Shown: piece after piece, positions 15,636 to 24,793 of the stretch
How positions within the stretch are numbered: the stretch's first letter is position 1
Layout of the letters: each line of letters opens with the position of its first letter
DNA from: Ktedonobacterales bacterium
Lineage (GTDB): Bacteria > Chloroflexota > Ktedonobacteria > Ktedonobacterales > JADMIN01
NCBI GenBank assembly: GCA_030167145.1
Contig: CP126532.1
Coordinates: 1,020,001 to 1,052,000 of the forward strand
Reading direction: 5' to 3'
DNA: 32,000 bases
Made by a program: the position numbers and the translations under genes
Notes under the pieces: model-generated
Told to the model about the DNA's origin: nothing
The model's input: the letters and a program-made list of their open reading frames with translations, nothing else
The model's database searches: none

Positions 15636-16631
15636 TTGATTGTGGATGGTAGTCGCGGGCTATACCGCGTGGAGACGGAGGAGGGGAGCTTTAGCTGCAC
15701 TATCCGGGGCCGTCTGCGAAAGGAACTGGTGTATGCTGAAAGTGGCGCAGCACGCCGGTCCGTGCGGCATGTGGAGGTGATGCCGCACGATCCCGTCGCG
15801 GTGGGCGACCGCGTGCGCATTCTGCCGACCGGCGGCGCGAGCGGCGTGATCGAGCAGGTGGTCGCGCGTGCGGGCGGCGCGTTCTCGCGGCGCGATCCCG
15901 ATCCGAAGTCGGGCAATCTGCGCACCGTCGCGGGACTGGATCAACTTGTGCCGGTCTTCGCCACCCGCGACCCGGAGCCACATCTGGGGCTGCTCGACCG
16001 CTTCCTCGTCGTCGCGGAGTCGCAGCGGATGCGGCCCATCATCTGCATCACTAAATGCGACCTGGGCCTAGCGCCGGAACTCGTCGCGCGGCTGGAGGTC
16101 TACCGCGCGCTGGGCTATCCCGTCGTACACACCAGCGTCAGCACCGGCGAGGGGCTGGACGACCTACGCGCCTTGCTCGCGGGCAAGGTTTCGGCGCTGG
16201 TCGGCAAGTCCGGCGTTGGTAAGTCCAGCCTGCTCAACGCGCTGCTGCCCGAGGCGGATCTGCGCGTCGGCGAGGTGAGCGCGGCAACCGGCAAGGGCAG
16301 GCACACGACCACCAGCACGCGGCTGTTGCCGCTGGGCGGCTCCGACGGCGGCTATCTGGCCGATACCGCTGGCATCCGCGCGCTGGGGCTGGATCGGGAT
16401 GCCGAGCGTATGCTGGATGCGTGCTTCCCGGAGTTCCGCCCCCACCTGGGGACATGTATGCTGGCGGACTGCACGCACACACACGAGCCGGAATGCGCCG
16501 TGCGCGCGGCGGTGGCGGGCGGGCAGGTGGACGCGGTGCGCTACGCGAGCTATTGCCGGATGCGTGGCTACGATGGCGCGACGCCGCTAGCGGAGGAGAT
16601 GTGGGATGCGGACGATGACTTCGCCGAATGA
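15636..16631 (+). CDS. rsgA: Ribosome small-subunit-dependent GTPase A (RsgA/YjeQ)
   Basis: OB-fold N-terminus, circularly permuted GTPase motifs (ITKCDL, GKSGVGKSSL, DTAGIR) and a C-terminal zinc knuckle (CTHTHEPECAV). The frame is open from 15543. GAGGAG (15542-15547) lies 7 nt upstream of CTG 15555, so the true start may be upstream of the TTG at 15636. Confidence 0.9.
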   Translation: MIVDGSRGLYRVETEEGSFSCTIRGRLRKELVYAESGAARRSVRHVEVMPHDPVAVGDRVRILPTGGASGVIEQVVARAGGAFSRRDPDPKSGNLRTVAGLDQLVPVFATRDPEPHLGLLDRFLVVAESQRMRPIICITKCDLGLAPELVARLEVYRALGYPVVHTSVSTGEGLDDLRALLAGKVSALVGKSGVGKSSLLNALLPEADLRVGEVSAATGKGRHTTTSTRLLPLGGSDGGYLADTAGIRALGLDRDAERMLDACFPEFRPHLGTCMLADCTHTHEPECAVRAAVAGGQVDAVRYASYCRMRGYDGATPLAEEMWDADDDFAE

Positions 16632-17724
16632 GGAGGACGCAAACGTCTGGCCGGATAAATTGCTGCATCCGTCGGCGGCGCGGGCGTGGATTGCATCCGC
16701 GCTGCCGGGCGCGGGGCAGGTGCTTGGCCCGATCCAGATCTTGCAGGCGAAGCACTGGGGCGTGACCGCTTCGTTCGCGGTCACGGGCGAGGCGTCTGCT
16801 GATGGGCGCGCGCAACACGGGCGCGAGGTGATCTTTAAAGCGGCGGCGCGGGGCATGTTCCCCGCCGCCCCCCAGGTCGCTGAAGCGCTGGCGCGCTGCG
16901 TCCCGGGCGCCGTGCCTGAATTGCTCGCGTGGGAACGGCGCGACGACCTCACCTTCACGCTCTTCGCGCCCTTCGAGGGGCAGCCGGTGAGCGCGCTGGG
17001 TGAGTTGCCGCCGCTGCTGGAGGTCGCCCGCACGCTGGCGGGCATCCAGTCAGCATTCGCGACACTACCAAGTAGCGAGACGCAGGAGTTGCCGCGAATG
17101 CTCCTCAGCCACCTGCCGGAGCTACACGACCTGCTGATTCGCGACGTGCGCGACCGGCATCTGGCCTGCTGGCACGGCGAGGGAAGCGAGATGGCTGAGC
17201 AATTCGCGCTGCCACTGGACGATCTGCTGCCCCGCTTGGAGGCAGTCCGCCCGCTGGTCGCGCGCTGGACGGAGGAGCTAGCCGCTGGCGGCTGGCCCGA
17301 CACGATAGATCATGTGGACCTGCACTGGGATAACGCGGTGGTGCGGCCAGACGGGCGCATGCTGATCTTCGACTGGGAGGAGGCGGTCATCAGTTGCCCG
17401 TTCTTCTCGCTCGACCGTCTGCTGAACGACGCCCGCGAGCTAGACCTGGGCGAAGCCGCCGCCTGGGCCGCGCCGCCAGCGGGCACGCCGCTCTATACGC
17501 CATCGGAGCGGGCGCTGCGGGACGCCTACCTGGATGCGCTACCCTGGGGTACGCGCGCCGCACGCGAGCGCGCCTGCACGCTGGCGCTGTGCCTCGCGCC
17601 AATCAAGACGGCCTACGAGGGCATGCGCTTCGCCGAGGCGCTTGGCTACGCCGAGGGCACGCCGTTCGTCACGGCGTGGGCGCTGGCCCGCGCGCTGCCA
17701 CGGTGGGCGGAAGCGTCGCAGTAG
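16606..17724 (+). CDS. Phosphotransferase-family protein (APH / choline-kinase-like kinase fold)
   Basis: Brenner-type motif HVDLHWDNAVV and metal-binding IFDWEEA. GGAGGAG lies 7 nt upstream of ATG 16606. Overlaps the rsgA 3' end by 26 nt. Confidence 0.75.
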   Translation: MRTMTSPNEEDANVWPDKLLHPSAARAWIASALPGAGQVLGPIQILQAKHWGVTASFAVTGEASADGRAQHGREVIFKAAARGMFPAAPQVAEALARCVPGAVPELLAWERRDDLTFTLFAPFEGQPVSALGELPPLLEVARTLAGIQSAFATLPSSETQELPRMLLSHLPELHDLLIRDVRDRHLACWHGEGSEMAEQFALPLDDLLPRLEAVRPLVARWTEELAAGGWPDTIDHVDLHWDNAVVRPDGRMLIFDWEEAVISCPFFSLDRLLNDARELDLGEAAAWAAPPAGTPLYTPSERALRDAYLDALPWGTRAARERACTLALCLAPIKTAYEGMRFAEALGYAEGTPFVTAWALARALPRWAEASQ

Positions 17725-17823
17725 TTTGGCACACGAATACGCAGAGCCATATTGATTTCTCATGTCCTCAGATCCACTATCCTTGCGAACTAAGTAAATA
17801 TACCTAATCAATAACTCCGTCAC

Positions 17824-17854
17824 TTGACAAACTGCCCCCCCCCCATGTTACACT
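17824..17854 (+). promoter_or_regulatory. Promoter TTGACA-N19-TGtTACACT with a C10 tract in the spacer
   Basis: TTGACA at 17824-17829, C10 at 17835-17844, extended -10 TGTTACACT at 17846-17854. Sequence is homologous to the 12388-12416 promoter (shared CCCATGT...CTCC...AAGCA). Confidence 0.5.
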
Positions 17855-18106
17855 CTCCAAGCACAAGAGAAAGGAGGCGATACAGAAACAAAAACACCTA
17901 GCGATGCTGACTGAGTCGGAAGGTGATGAGAAGCCGTCTCATAAATACGTTGTCGTTTGGCATCGCGCGAAGTCCCATAAAACAGGAGTTTCCGCGACAC
18001 TACACACACTGAGACAGATTTGGTATCATGCTTCCCACAGAAGACAGGTTGCTGTCTTGAAACACCTGTGCAAAGTTTGGTCCTGGTCTCAGTAAAGGAG
18101 TAGGCG

Positions 18107-18655
18107 ATGAGACGATTCAAGTATGTAGTCGTTTGTAGTGCTCTTGCAGCATTAGTCAATCTCTTCGCTGTAGTCGCGCCAACCACCCTTGCGGCACCTG
18201 CTGCACATTCCACCCCATCTGTCTCAGCAAACTCTGCCAATACGTGCATAGTGCATAACATCGTTTTGCATGGTACGCAACCCGCAACCGTCAGTTGCGC
18301 GACATACAGCACAGGACACAACCTACCAGACGTCAGTGAAGGATACTGCCAGTTTAACAGCACCACTCTCACACTCGAGATCTACAGCGATATATCTGGG
18401 GACTGGTGCTTCTACTACCAAGGATACATCGGCCTGGGAGGCTCCATGTCTGGCGACATCTACGGCGTGGTATATATTGAGTCATATAACGGCGCATATG
18501 GGTGGGTAGATTACTATCAGCCACCATATGCCCCAGGAACCGGCATCCGGTTCGCTTTCGGATCAAACTCCTACTACGGCAATCCACCATTTACTGGAAA
18601 TCAGAAGATTACCCAGGTTGATGTGGTAGGATGGAGTTGCCTCCTCTTCTGCTAG
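18107..18655 (+). CDS. Secreted Cys-containing, Tyr/Gly-rich hypothetical protein
   Basis: AAGGAG lies 6 nt upstream. The signal peptide MRRFKYVVVCSALAALVNLFAVVAPTTLAAPA resembles that of the 12541 gene (APTTLA). No family recognised. Confidence 0.65.
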   Translation: MRRFKYVVVCSALAALVNLFAVVAPTTLAAPAAHSTPSVSANSANTCIVHNIVLHGTQPATVSCATYSTGHNLPDVSEGYCQFNSTTLTLEIYSDISGDWCFYYQGYIGLGGSMSGDIYGVVYIESYNGAYGWVDYYQPPYAPGTGIRFAFGSNSYYGNPPFTGNQKITQVDVVGWSCLLFC

Positions 18656-18695
18656 TCGTCGCTTGGTGATATTCAGGTTAGGAGTGATTGCCTCC

Positions 18696-19079
18696 ATGCG
18701 ATTCACACATATCGTGCGCTGGCTCGAATCTGTTAGCAGCCTCGCCGCTGGCATACTCGGCCTTTTCTTCTTGCGCTACTTTCTTCTCACCCTGAATGGT
18801 CCTGCCCATTTCGCGCCCGACGCGAACGCACCACTCAGAACTGGCCTACTGATCGCAGACCTCCTCCTTCTGGCCATTGCCGTCGGCAGCGCATTAGTAC
18901 ATAGCTGGGTCAACAAGCCAGTAGGACGTATTTTCCTCTGGCTCCTCTGGGGTTGTGCAATCCCTTTGATCGTTCTAGCCGTCCTTAGCGGCAACCTTGC
19001 CGGTTGGAGTCTGCTCCCTGCTGCGCTCCTGGTTTTGCTGGCAAGTGTACTCGCTGTATTATGGATACCCAGCGCTTAA
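18696..19079 (+). CDS. Four-helix integral membrane protein, unknown function
   Basis: The ORF track gives 18663-19079. ATG 18696 (MRFTHIVRW...) is the likely start. Four hydrophobic segments of about 20 aa each. Confidence 0.6.
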   Translation: MRFTHIVRWLESVSSLAAGILGLFFLRYFLLTLNGPAHFAPDANAPLRTGLLIADLLLLAIAVGSALVHSWVNKPVGRIFLWLLWGCAIPLIVLAVLSGNLAGWSLLPAALLVLLASVLAVLWIPSA

Positions 19080-19097
19080 TCAGGCTGCTGAAGTTTG

Positions 19098-19241
19098 ATG
19101 TGTATGATGAGCGACTTGGGCGTCGTGATGACCGGACTCGGATTGCTCCTCGCCTGGGTGGATGTGTTTTTGCGCTATTATCTGTGGTCGCGCGAAACGC
19201 CACAGGTTGAGCATGCGCCTATTCCAACGAGCGCCCAATAG
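19098..19241 (+). CDS. Candidate 47-aa single-TM peptide (MCMMSDLGVVMTGLGLLLAWVDVFLRYYLWSRETPQVEHAPIPTSAQ)
   Basis: Found by hand because it is below the ORF-track size cutoff. It has a hydrophobic core followed by a basic/aromatic stretch. No clear SD. Confidence 0.3.
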   Translation: MCMMSDLGVVMTGLGLLLAWVDVFLRYYLWSRETPQVEHAPIPTSAQ

Positions 19242-19341
19242 CCTTTGCCTACTTCGCAGCGGCGTGAATGCTATGAGGCGTACAATAACTGCAACTGGAC
19301 CCAATGGGACGGTTGGTGATTAAGAACGGGGGTCGAGGCAA

Positions 19342-19470
19342 ATGCCCGTGATTCACTGGCCGGAAATCATCGTCGCTGTTATTTGGATAGCGGTTATCGT
19401 GTTCCTGGTGCGGGTGGTGATCGTGAATGCGATTCGCTCACTGCGCCGCACATCACGCACGGATAGCTAG
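19342..19470 (+). CDS. Candidate 42-aa single-TM peptide (MPVIHWPEIIVAVIWIAVIVFLVRVVIVNAIRSLRRTSRTDS)
   Basis: Found by hand. A strongly hydrophobic helix followed by a basic tail. A G-rich stretch (GGGGGTCGAGG) lies upstream. Confidence 0.35.
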   Translation: MPVIHWPEIIVAVIWIAVIVFLVRVVIVNAIRSLRRTSRTDS

Positions 19471-19605
19471 AAGCAAAGGGAACTCCCCTAATGGCTTCCG
19501 TTGGGGGAACTCCCGATATAGTCGCGTGGTTCCGTAACCTTGCAGATTTTTACGGCGCCTGGATGATAGGGAGTTCGTTGCCATCGTATGAGGAGAGATT
19601 AGGCA

Positions 19606-19803
19606 ATGGCCTCAACGAAAATGATTCTTCTGGGCATACTCATCATGCTCGTTGGCCTTGGCTTGGTATCGGCAACCACGCAGATCGTAGCATTCCGGGT
19701 CATCGGTGCGGACTCGACGACTGGCCTCGCATATCTTGCATTGGGCGTCTTTGTAGCAGATTTGATCGTTGGAGTGGTTGGGTTCTTTAGGAAACAAGGC
19801 TAG
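19606..19803 (+). CDS. 65-aa two-TM small membrane protein
   Basis: GAGGAG lies about 10 nt upstream. Two hydrophobic helices (ILLGILIMLVGLGLV, LAYLALGVFVADLIVGVVGFF). Preferred over the overlapping 19491-19790 ORF. Confidence 0.55.
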   Translation: MASTKMILLGILIMLVGLGLVSATTQIVAFRVIGADSTTGLAYLALGVFVADLIVGVVGFFRKQG

Positions 19804-19852
19804 ATTCTTGATCCCGTCAGCGCCCCTGATAAGAGCGCAACGCAGTCGCCCA

Positions 19853-20794
19853 TCACGCCTTGCGCTCAGCGGCGGCTGGCGCGGGCTGAGCCAGTTGCGC
19901 CAGGTTATCGCGATAGGTGATGAGGAAGTTCCACAGCGATGAGGCGGTGGCCGAGATGTGGCCGCCTGCGCGCCGGGCGAGATACCAGTGGCGATGCACC
20001 GGGAAGCCGACGACCTCCAGTACGGTGAGGCGGCCCGTCACCAGTTCCAGTTCTAGCGCGGCCAGCGGCATCACCGCGATGCCCAGTTCCGCCGCGACGG
20101 CCTGCTTGATCGCGCCGCTGCTGCGTAGCTCCATCCCCACGCGGGGGGTGATGCCGCGCTGCTCGAAGAAGCCCTGCGTATCCACGCGCGTGCCGGAGCC
20201 AGCCTCGCGCAGCAAGAAAATCTCGCGGCTCAGTTCTTCGATGGGGATCTTCGTTTCCCCGGCAAGGCGATGCTCTGGCGCGGCGATCACCACCAGTTCG
20301 TTCGGCACGAACTCCGCGACCTCCATATCCTGCGTGTCTTCGATCAGCCCCATCACCGCCAGATCCACCTCGTTATCCAGCAACTTCTTCTGCACGCTGA
20401 AGCGATTCAGCACGTCCAGCGTCAGCTTCACCTCCGGGTACTCATGGTGGAACGCGCCCAGCGCCGGCGGCACCACGTAGATGCCCGCCGTCGTGCTTGC
20501 CGCTACCTTCACCGTGCCGCGCCGTCCGCCGCCTAGCTCCTCCATCACCAGCCGCGTCTCTTCCAGCAGGCCGAAGATGCGCTCGCTGTAGGTCAATAGC
20601 TCGTGCCCGGCCTCGGTCAGGTGCAGCGTGCGCCCCACCTTCTCGAAGAGCGGCAGACCGATGCTCTTCTCCAGCGACTTCACCTGAAGCGAGACGCCCG
20701 GCTGGCTCAGATACAGCGCCGAAGCCGCACGCGAAAAGCTGCCGTATTCCGCGACGGCGCGAAAAATATGCAGTTGATGCAGGTTGATGTCCAT
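19853..20794 (-). CDS. LysR-family transcriptional regulator, divergent from aceA-aceB
   Basis: 313-aa ORF. N-terminal wHTH (LHIFRAVAEYGSFSRAASALYLSQPGVSLQVKSLE) and a LysR substrate-binding domain. Confidence 0.9.
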   Translation of the reverse strand: MDINLHQLHIFRAVAEYGSFSRAASALYLSQPGVSLQVKSLEKSIGLPLFEKVGRTLHLTEAGHELLTYSERIFGLLEETRLVMEELGGGRRGTVKVAASTTAGIYVVPPALGAFHHEYPEVKLTLDVLNRFSVQKKLLDNEVDLAVMGLIEDTQDMEVAEFVPNELVVIAAPEHRLAGETKIPIEELSREIFLLREAGSGTRVDTQGFFEQRGITPRVGMELRSSGAIKQAVAAELGIAVMPLAALELELVTGRLTVLEVVGFPVHRHWYLARRAGGHISATASSLWNFLITYRDNLAQLAQPAPAAAERKA

Positions 20795-20839
20795 ATAAGC
20801 TTTTCCTTATGCGAAACATCAGCAACAGATATTGGAGAT

Positions 20840-20859
20840 TATACATCATCGCGGGTATA
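20840..20859. promoter_or_regulatory. Candidate LysR-type binding dyad TATAC-N10-GTATA
   Basis: An inverted repeat in the 150-bp divergent intergenic region between the LysR gene and aceA. Its spacing is longer than the classical ATAC-N7-GTAT / T-N11-A box. Confidence 0.25.
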
Positions 20860-20944
20860 GTTCGTGCGTATTCTGGGGGAATCCAGCCGCGACACAACGG
20901 CGCGTCGCGCTGCCACGGATGAGCATTAGAGGAGAACCACTTGC

Positions 20945-22243
20945 ATGAGCACGCTGTTAGGTGATCACGTGAGTCAGCAGAGCGCATTGGAGCTTGAAAT
21001 ACAATGGGAAACCGACCCGCGTTGGAAGGGCATCAAGCGCCCCTACACGGCGGCGGACGTTGAGCGGCTCCGTGGCTCTGTGCAGATCGAGTATACGCTG
21101 GCCCGTCTGGGCGCGGAAAGATTATGGGAATTGCTGCATACAGAGGCGTATGTGGCGGCATTAGGCGCACTGACCGGCAACCAGGCCGTGCAGCAGGTGA
21201 AAGCCGGACTGAAGGCGATTTATCTCAGCGGCTGGCAGGTCGCGGCGGACGCGAACCTATCGGGCAATATGTATCCCGACCAGAGTCTCTATCCCAGTAA
21301 TAGCGTTCCCCATGTGGTGAAGCGCATCAATCAGGCGCTCCAGCGCGCCGATCAGATCTACCACTCCGAGGACAAGGACGGCACGTACTGGTTCGCGCCC
21401 ATCGTCGCCGACGCGGAAGCTGGCTTTGGTGGCCCGCTCAACTGCTTCGAGCTGATGAAATCTATGATCGAGGCGGGCGCGGCGGGGGTCCACTTCGAGG
21501 ATCAGCTAGCGTCTGAGAAGAAGTGCGGCCATATGGGCGGCAAAGTGCTGATTCCCACGCAGTCAGCGGTCAAGAATCTCGTGGCGGCGCGGCTAGCCGC
21601 CGATGTGATGGGCGTGCCGACGCTGCTGGTGGCGCGCACCGACGCCAACGGCGCGAAGCTCATCACCAGCGATATTGACGAGCGCGATCATCCCTTCCTC
21701 ACCGGCGAACGCACCACTGAAGGCTTCTTCGGCATCCGCGCGGGCATCGAGACGGCCATTGCGCGCGGCCTCGCCTACGCCCCTTACGCCGACCTCATCT
21801 GGTGCGAGACCTCCGAGCCGAATATCGAAGAGGCGCGCCGCTTCGCCGAGGCGATTCACGAGCGGTTCCCCGGCAAACTGCTGGCCTACAACTGCTCGCC
21901 CTCCTTCAACTGGCGCAAGAAGCTCGACGCCGACACCATCGAAACGTTTCAGCAGCAGCTTGGCGCGATGGGCTACAAGTTCCAGTTCGTGACGCTCGCT
22001 GGCTTCCATGCGCTGAACCTGGCGATGTTCGAGCTGGCGGCGGGCTACCGCGACCGTGGCATGGGCGCGTACTCCGAGCTACAGCAGCGCGAGTTCGCCC
22101 TCGAAGAGGTGGGCTACACGGCGACCAAGCACCAGCGCGAGGTCGGCACCGGCTACTTCGACGAGGTGGCGCAGGTGATCGCGGGCGGCGCATCCTCGAC
22201 GACGGCGCTCAGCGGCTCGACCGAAGAAGAGCAATTTCACTAG
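20945..22243 (+). CDS. aceA: Isocitrate lyase
   Basis: 432-aa ORF with the catalytic signature KKCGHMGGK and isocitrate-lyase-like sequence over its full length. Confidence 0.95.
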   Translation: MSTLLGDHVSQQSALELEIQWETDPRWKGIKRPYTAADVERLRGSVQIEYTLARLGAERLWELLHTEAYVAALGALTGNQAVQQVKAGLKAIYLSGWQVAADANLSGNMYPDQSLYPSNSVPHVVKRINQALQRADQIYHSEDKDGTYWFAPIVADAEAGFGGPLNCFELMKSMIEAGAAGVHFEDQLASEKKCGHMGGKVLIPTQSAVKNLVAARLAADVMGVPTLLVARTDANGAKLITSDIDERDHPFLTGERTTEGFFGIRAGIETAIARGLAYAPYADLIWCETSEPNIEEARRFAEAIHERFPGKLLAYNCSPSFNWRKKLDADTIETFQQQLGAMGYKFQFVTLAGFHALNLAMFELAAGYRDRGMGAYSELQQREFALEEVGYTATKHQREVGTGYFDEVAQVIAGGASSTTALSGSTEEEQFH

Positions 22244-22359
22244 CCGGCCGCCTGTAGCGCAGCGTTGTTTCGGCGTACAATACGTGGGCGGCTCCTTCGG
22301 GGGTCGCCCACTTCGCCTGTTCGTAACCGTGTCTGGCAGCCAGGCGCACACCATGCGAC

Positions 22360-22383
22360 GGGCGTCCGCCGGACGCCCCTACG
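22360..22383. repeat. Palindromic dispersed element copy (GGGCGTCCGCCGGACGCCCCTACG) in the aceA-aceB spacer
   Basis: Stem GGCGTCCG/CGGACGCC. Same element as at 676-699, 26858-26880 and 28557-28579. Confidence 0.9.
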
Positions 22384-22416
22384 GCATGAGCGATGTGCAA
22401 AGCAAAGAAAGTGTGC

Positions 22417-24018
22417 ATGTCAATGACGACGAGCTACCCCGATGGCATCGCGATCACCGCCCCCGTCACCCCCGAATTCGCCGAGATTCTGACACCCGAC
22501 GCGCTGGCCTTCGTGGCGAAGCTGGAGCGCGCCTTCCGCCCGACGCGCGAGGCGTTGCTGCGGCGCCGTGTTGACCGCCAGGCCGCGCTCGATGCGGGTA
22601 TCGCGCCCGATTTCCTGGCGGAGACGGCGGAGGTGCGCGCGGCTGAGTGGAGCGTCGCATCCATCCCCGCCGATCTGCGCGACCGCCGTGTGGAGATCAC
22701 CGGGCCAGTGGACCGCAAGATGATTATCAACGCGCTCAACTCTGGCGCGAAGGTCTACATGGCCGACTTCGAGGACGCCAATGCGCCTTTCTGGGAGAAC
22801 TGCATCGAAGGCCAGTACAACCTGCGCGACGCCGTGCGCGGAACCATCGGATATACCAGCCCCGAAGGCAAGAGCTACCACCTCAACGAGCGGACCGCGA
22901 CGCTGATGGTGCGCCCGCGCGGCTGGCATCTGCCCGAAAAGCACATGTTGGTGGATGGCCGCGAGGTCTCCGGCAGCCTCTTCGACTTCGGCCTCTTCTT
23001 CTTCCACAACGCCAAGGCACTGATCGCCAGAGGCACTGGCCCGTACTTCTACCTGCCGAAGATGGAGAGCCATTTGGAGGCGCGGCTCTGGAACGATGTC
23101 TTCGTCATGGCGCAGCAAGAGCTTGGCATCCCACAAGGGACCATCCGCGCGACGGTGCTGATCGAGACGCTGCTGGCCGCCTTCGAGATGGAGGAGATCC
23201 TCTACGAGCTACGCGAACACTCGGCGGGGCTGAACTGTGGCCGCTGGGACTACATCTTCAGCGCCATCAAGAAGCGGCGCAACGATCCGGCGTTCATTCT
23301 ACCCGACCGCGCGCAGGTGACGATGACGGTGCAGTTCATGCGCCAGTACACGCTGCTCTGCATCCAGACCTGCCACCGGCGCGGCGCGCATGCGATGGGC
23401 GGCATGTCGGCGTTCATCCCGGTGAAGGGCGACCCCGAAGCCAACGAACGCGCTTTCGCCCAGGTCCGCGCCGACAAGGAGCGCGAGGCCACCGACGGCC
23501 ACGATGGCACGTGGGTCGCGCATCCGGGGCTGGTGCCCGTGGCGATGGCGGTCTTCGACAGGGTGATGCCACAGCCGAATCAGATTGACCGCACGCGCGA
23601 GGATGTGCAGGTCGTGGCGGCGGATCTGCTGGCCGTGCCCGATGGCACGATCACCGAGGCTGGCCTGCGCACCAACATCACCGTGGGCATCCAGTATATT
23701 GAGTCGTGGTTGCGCGGCCAGGGCGCGGCGCCGCTCTACAACCTGATGGAAGACGCTGCCACCGCTGAAATCTCGCGGGCGCAGGTCTGGCAGTGGATGC
23801 GCAACGCGCACGGCGTGCTGGCGGATGGCCGCAAAGTGACGCTCGACCTCTACCGCCAACTGCGCGACGAGGAGCTAGCCAAGCTGCGCGCGGCGCTGGG
23901 CGCGGACGAGTACGACCGGCGCAAATTCGCCGAAGCCACGAAACTCTTCGACGACCTGACGGTCAGCGATACATTCGTAGACTTCCTGACGCTGCCGGGC
24001 TACGCGCTGCTGCCATAG
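22417..24018 (+). CDS. aceB: Malate synthase A
   Basis: Malate synthase A family over its full length ([57 protein letters not shown]). Start is ambiguous among ATG 22393, 22417 and 22423. Confidence 0.95.
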   Translation: MSMTTSYPDGIAITAPVTPEFAEILTPDALAFVAKLERAFRPTREALLRRRVDRQAALDAGIAPDFLAETAEVRAAEWSVASIPADLRDRRVEITGPVDRKMIINALNSGAKVYMADFEDANAPFWENCIEGQYNLRDAVRGTIGYTSPEGKSYHLNERTATLMVRPRGWHLPEKHMLVDGREVSGSLFDFGLFFFHNAKALIARGTGPYFYLPKMESHLEARLWNDVFVMAQQELGIPQGTIRATVLIETLLAAFEMEEILYELREHSAGLNCGRWDYIFSAIKKRRNDPAFILPDRAQVTMTVQFMRQYTLLCIQTCHRRGAHAMGGMSAFIPVKGDPEANERAFAQVRADKEREATDGHDGTWVAHPGLVPVAMAVFDRVMPQPNQIDRTREDVQVVAADLLAVPDGTITEAGLRTNITVGIQYIESWLRGQGAAPLYNLMEDAATAEISRAQVWQWMRNAHGVLADGRKVTLDLYRQLRDEELAKLRAALGADEYDRRKFAEATKLFDDLTVSDTFVDFLTLPGYALLP

Positions 24019-24113
24019 CACCGCGCCAATCGGGAGTGGGTTCTCGGCATGCATACCGCCTACTCGGACTACCACCTACGCCGCCCCGTGCTGAGCCAGC
24101 GCGCGCAGGAGCG

Positions 24114-24635
24114 CTACCCCTGCACGTCGTCGCGGCGGGTGAAATCCGCAGTCCAGTTTGTTTCCCAGGTGCGGCCACCATCCGCCGAGAACGCCTGCTC
24201 CCAGCGGCAAGCGTCACTGCCACTGCTCGTCCAGATGAATCGGCTGATAATCACGCGCCCCTCGAATACCTCGCGATCATAGAACGCACCACGCCCATGC
24301 TCGAATCGCCCAATCATCGGCGTCTCTATCACACTTCGCGCACTGCTCGACCAGTAGATGCTCCAGAGGCGCGTCTGGGGATCGAAGAGACGCAGCGTGA
24401 AGCCCACCACCTGCCCCGTGGGCATCTCGAATGTGACCTCATCCACATGACCCAGACCGCCAAGAATCTTGTACGCTACCGATACCCCATGGAACTCTTC
24501 CCACTCGTCGCACCCCTGCAATCGCTGTTGTAATTTCCGCTGATGACTGTCCCATGTGCCGATGAAGAAGTCGAAATCGGCGCGGCCATCTGGTCGCGCA
24601 TCCACGCTCACGCCGGTTGCCGTTTGCTCTGTCAC
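24114..24635 (-). CDS. Conserved hypothetical protein (small beta-rich domain), divergent from the WYL regulator
   Basis: 173-aa ORF. GTG start with GAGGAGG 6 nt upstream. Has a DFDFFIGTWDSHQRKL motif. Family name not confidently recalled. Confidence 0.65.
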   Translation of the reverse strand: MTEQTATGVSVDARPDGRADFDFFIGTWDSHQRKLQQRLQGCDEWEEFHGVSVAYKILGGLGHVDEVTFEMPTGQVVGFTLRLFDPQTRLWSIYWSSSARSVIETPMIGRFEHGRGAFYDREVFEGRVIISRFIWTSSGSDACRWEQAFSADGGRTWETNWTADFTRRDDVQG

Positions 24636-24793
24636 GTTGTGCCTCCTCTGGAATCTCTAGAGTCGAGAGTGCGCTCACTCATCCCCACGCCGCCACGGCG
24701 TAGACGCACGCTCTGTTCCCATGCTAGCATGATAAGCGGACATGGATGATCCTATGATCGCGAGTTTGGCGAGTTTGGCGAAACGAGCACAAG

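Noticed and set aside
17904-18095. 63-aa ORF in the leader of the island-2 secreted-protein gene
   Set aside because: No SD precedes its ATG. The strong AAGGAGG at 17871-17877 is not followed by a usable start codon at correct spacing. The product is basic and low-complexity. It could still be a leader ORF, but this is unsupported.
19491-19790. 99-aa ORF overlapping the 65-aa membrane protein gene in another frame
   Set aside because: The 19606-19803 frame has a far better SD (GAGGAG) and a coherent two-TM hydrophobic pattern. The 99-aa product has no such features beyond its first 30 residues.
20795-20810. ATAAG-N6-CTTAT dyad as a LysR box
   Set aside because: It coincides with the LysR gene's own SD (AAGGAA on the minus strand), immediately next to its start codon. 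The dyad is short and probably fortuitous.
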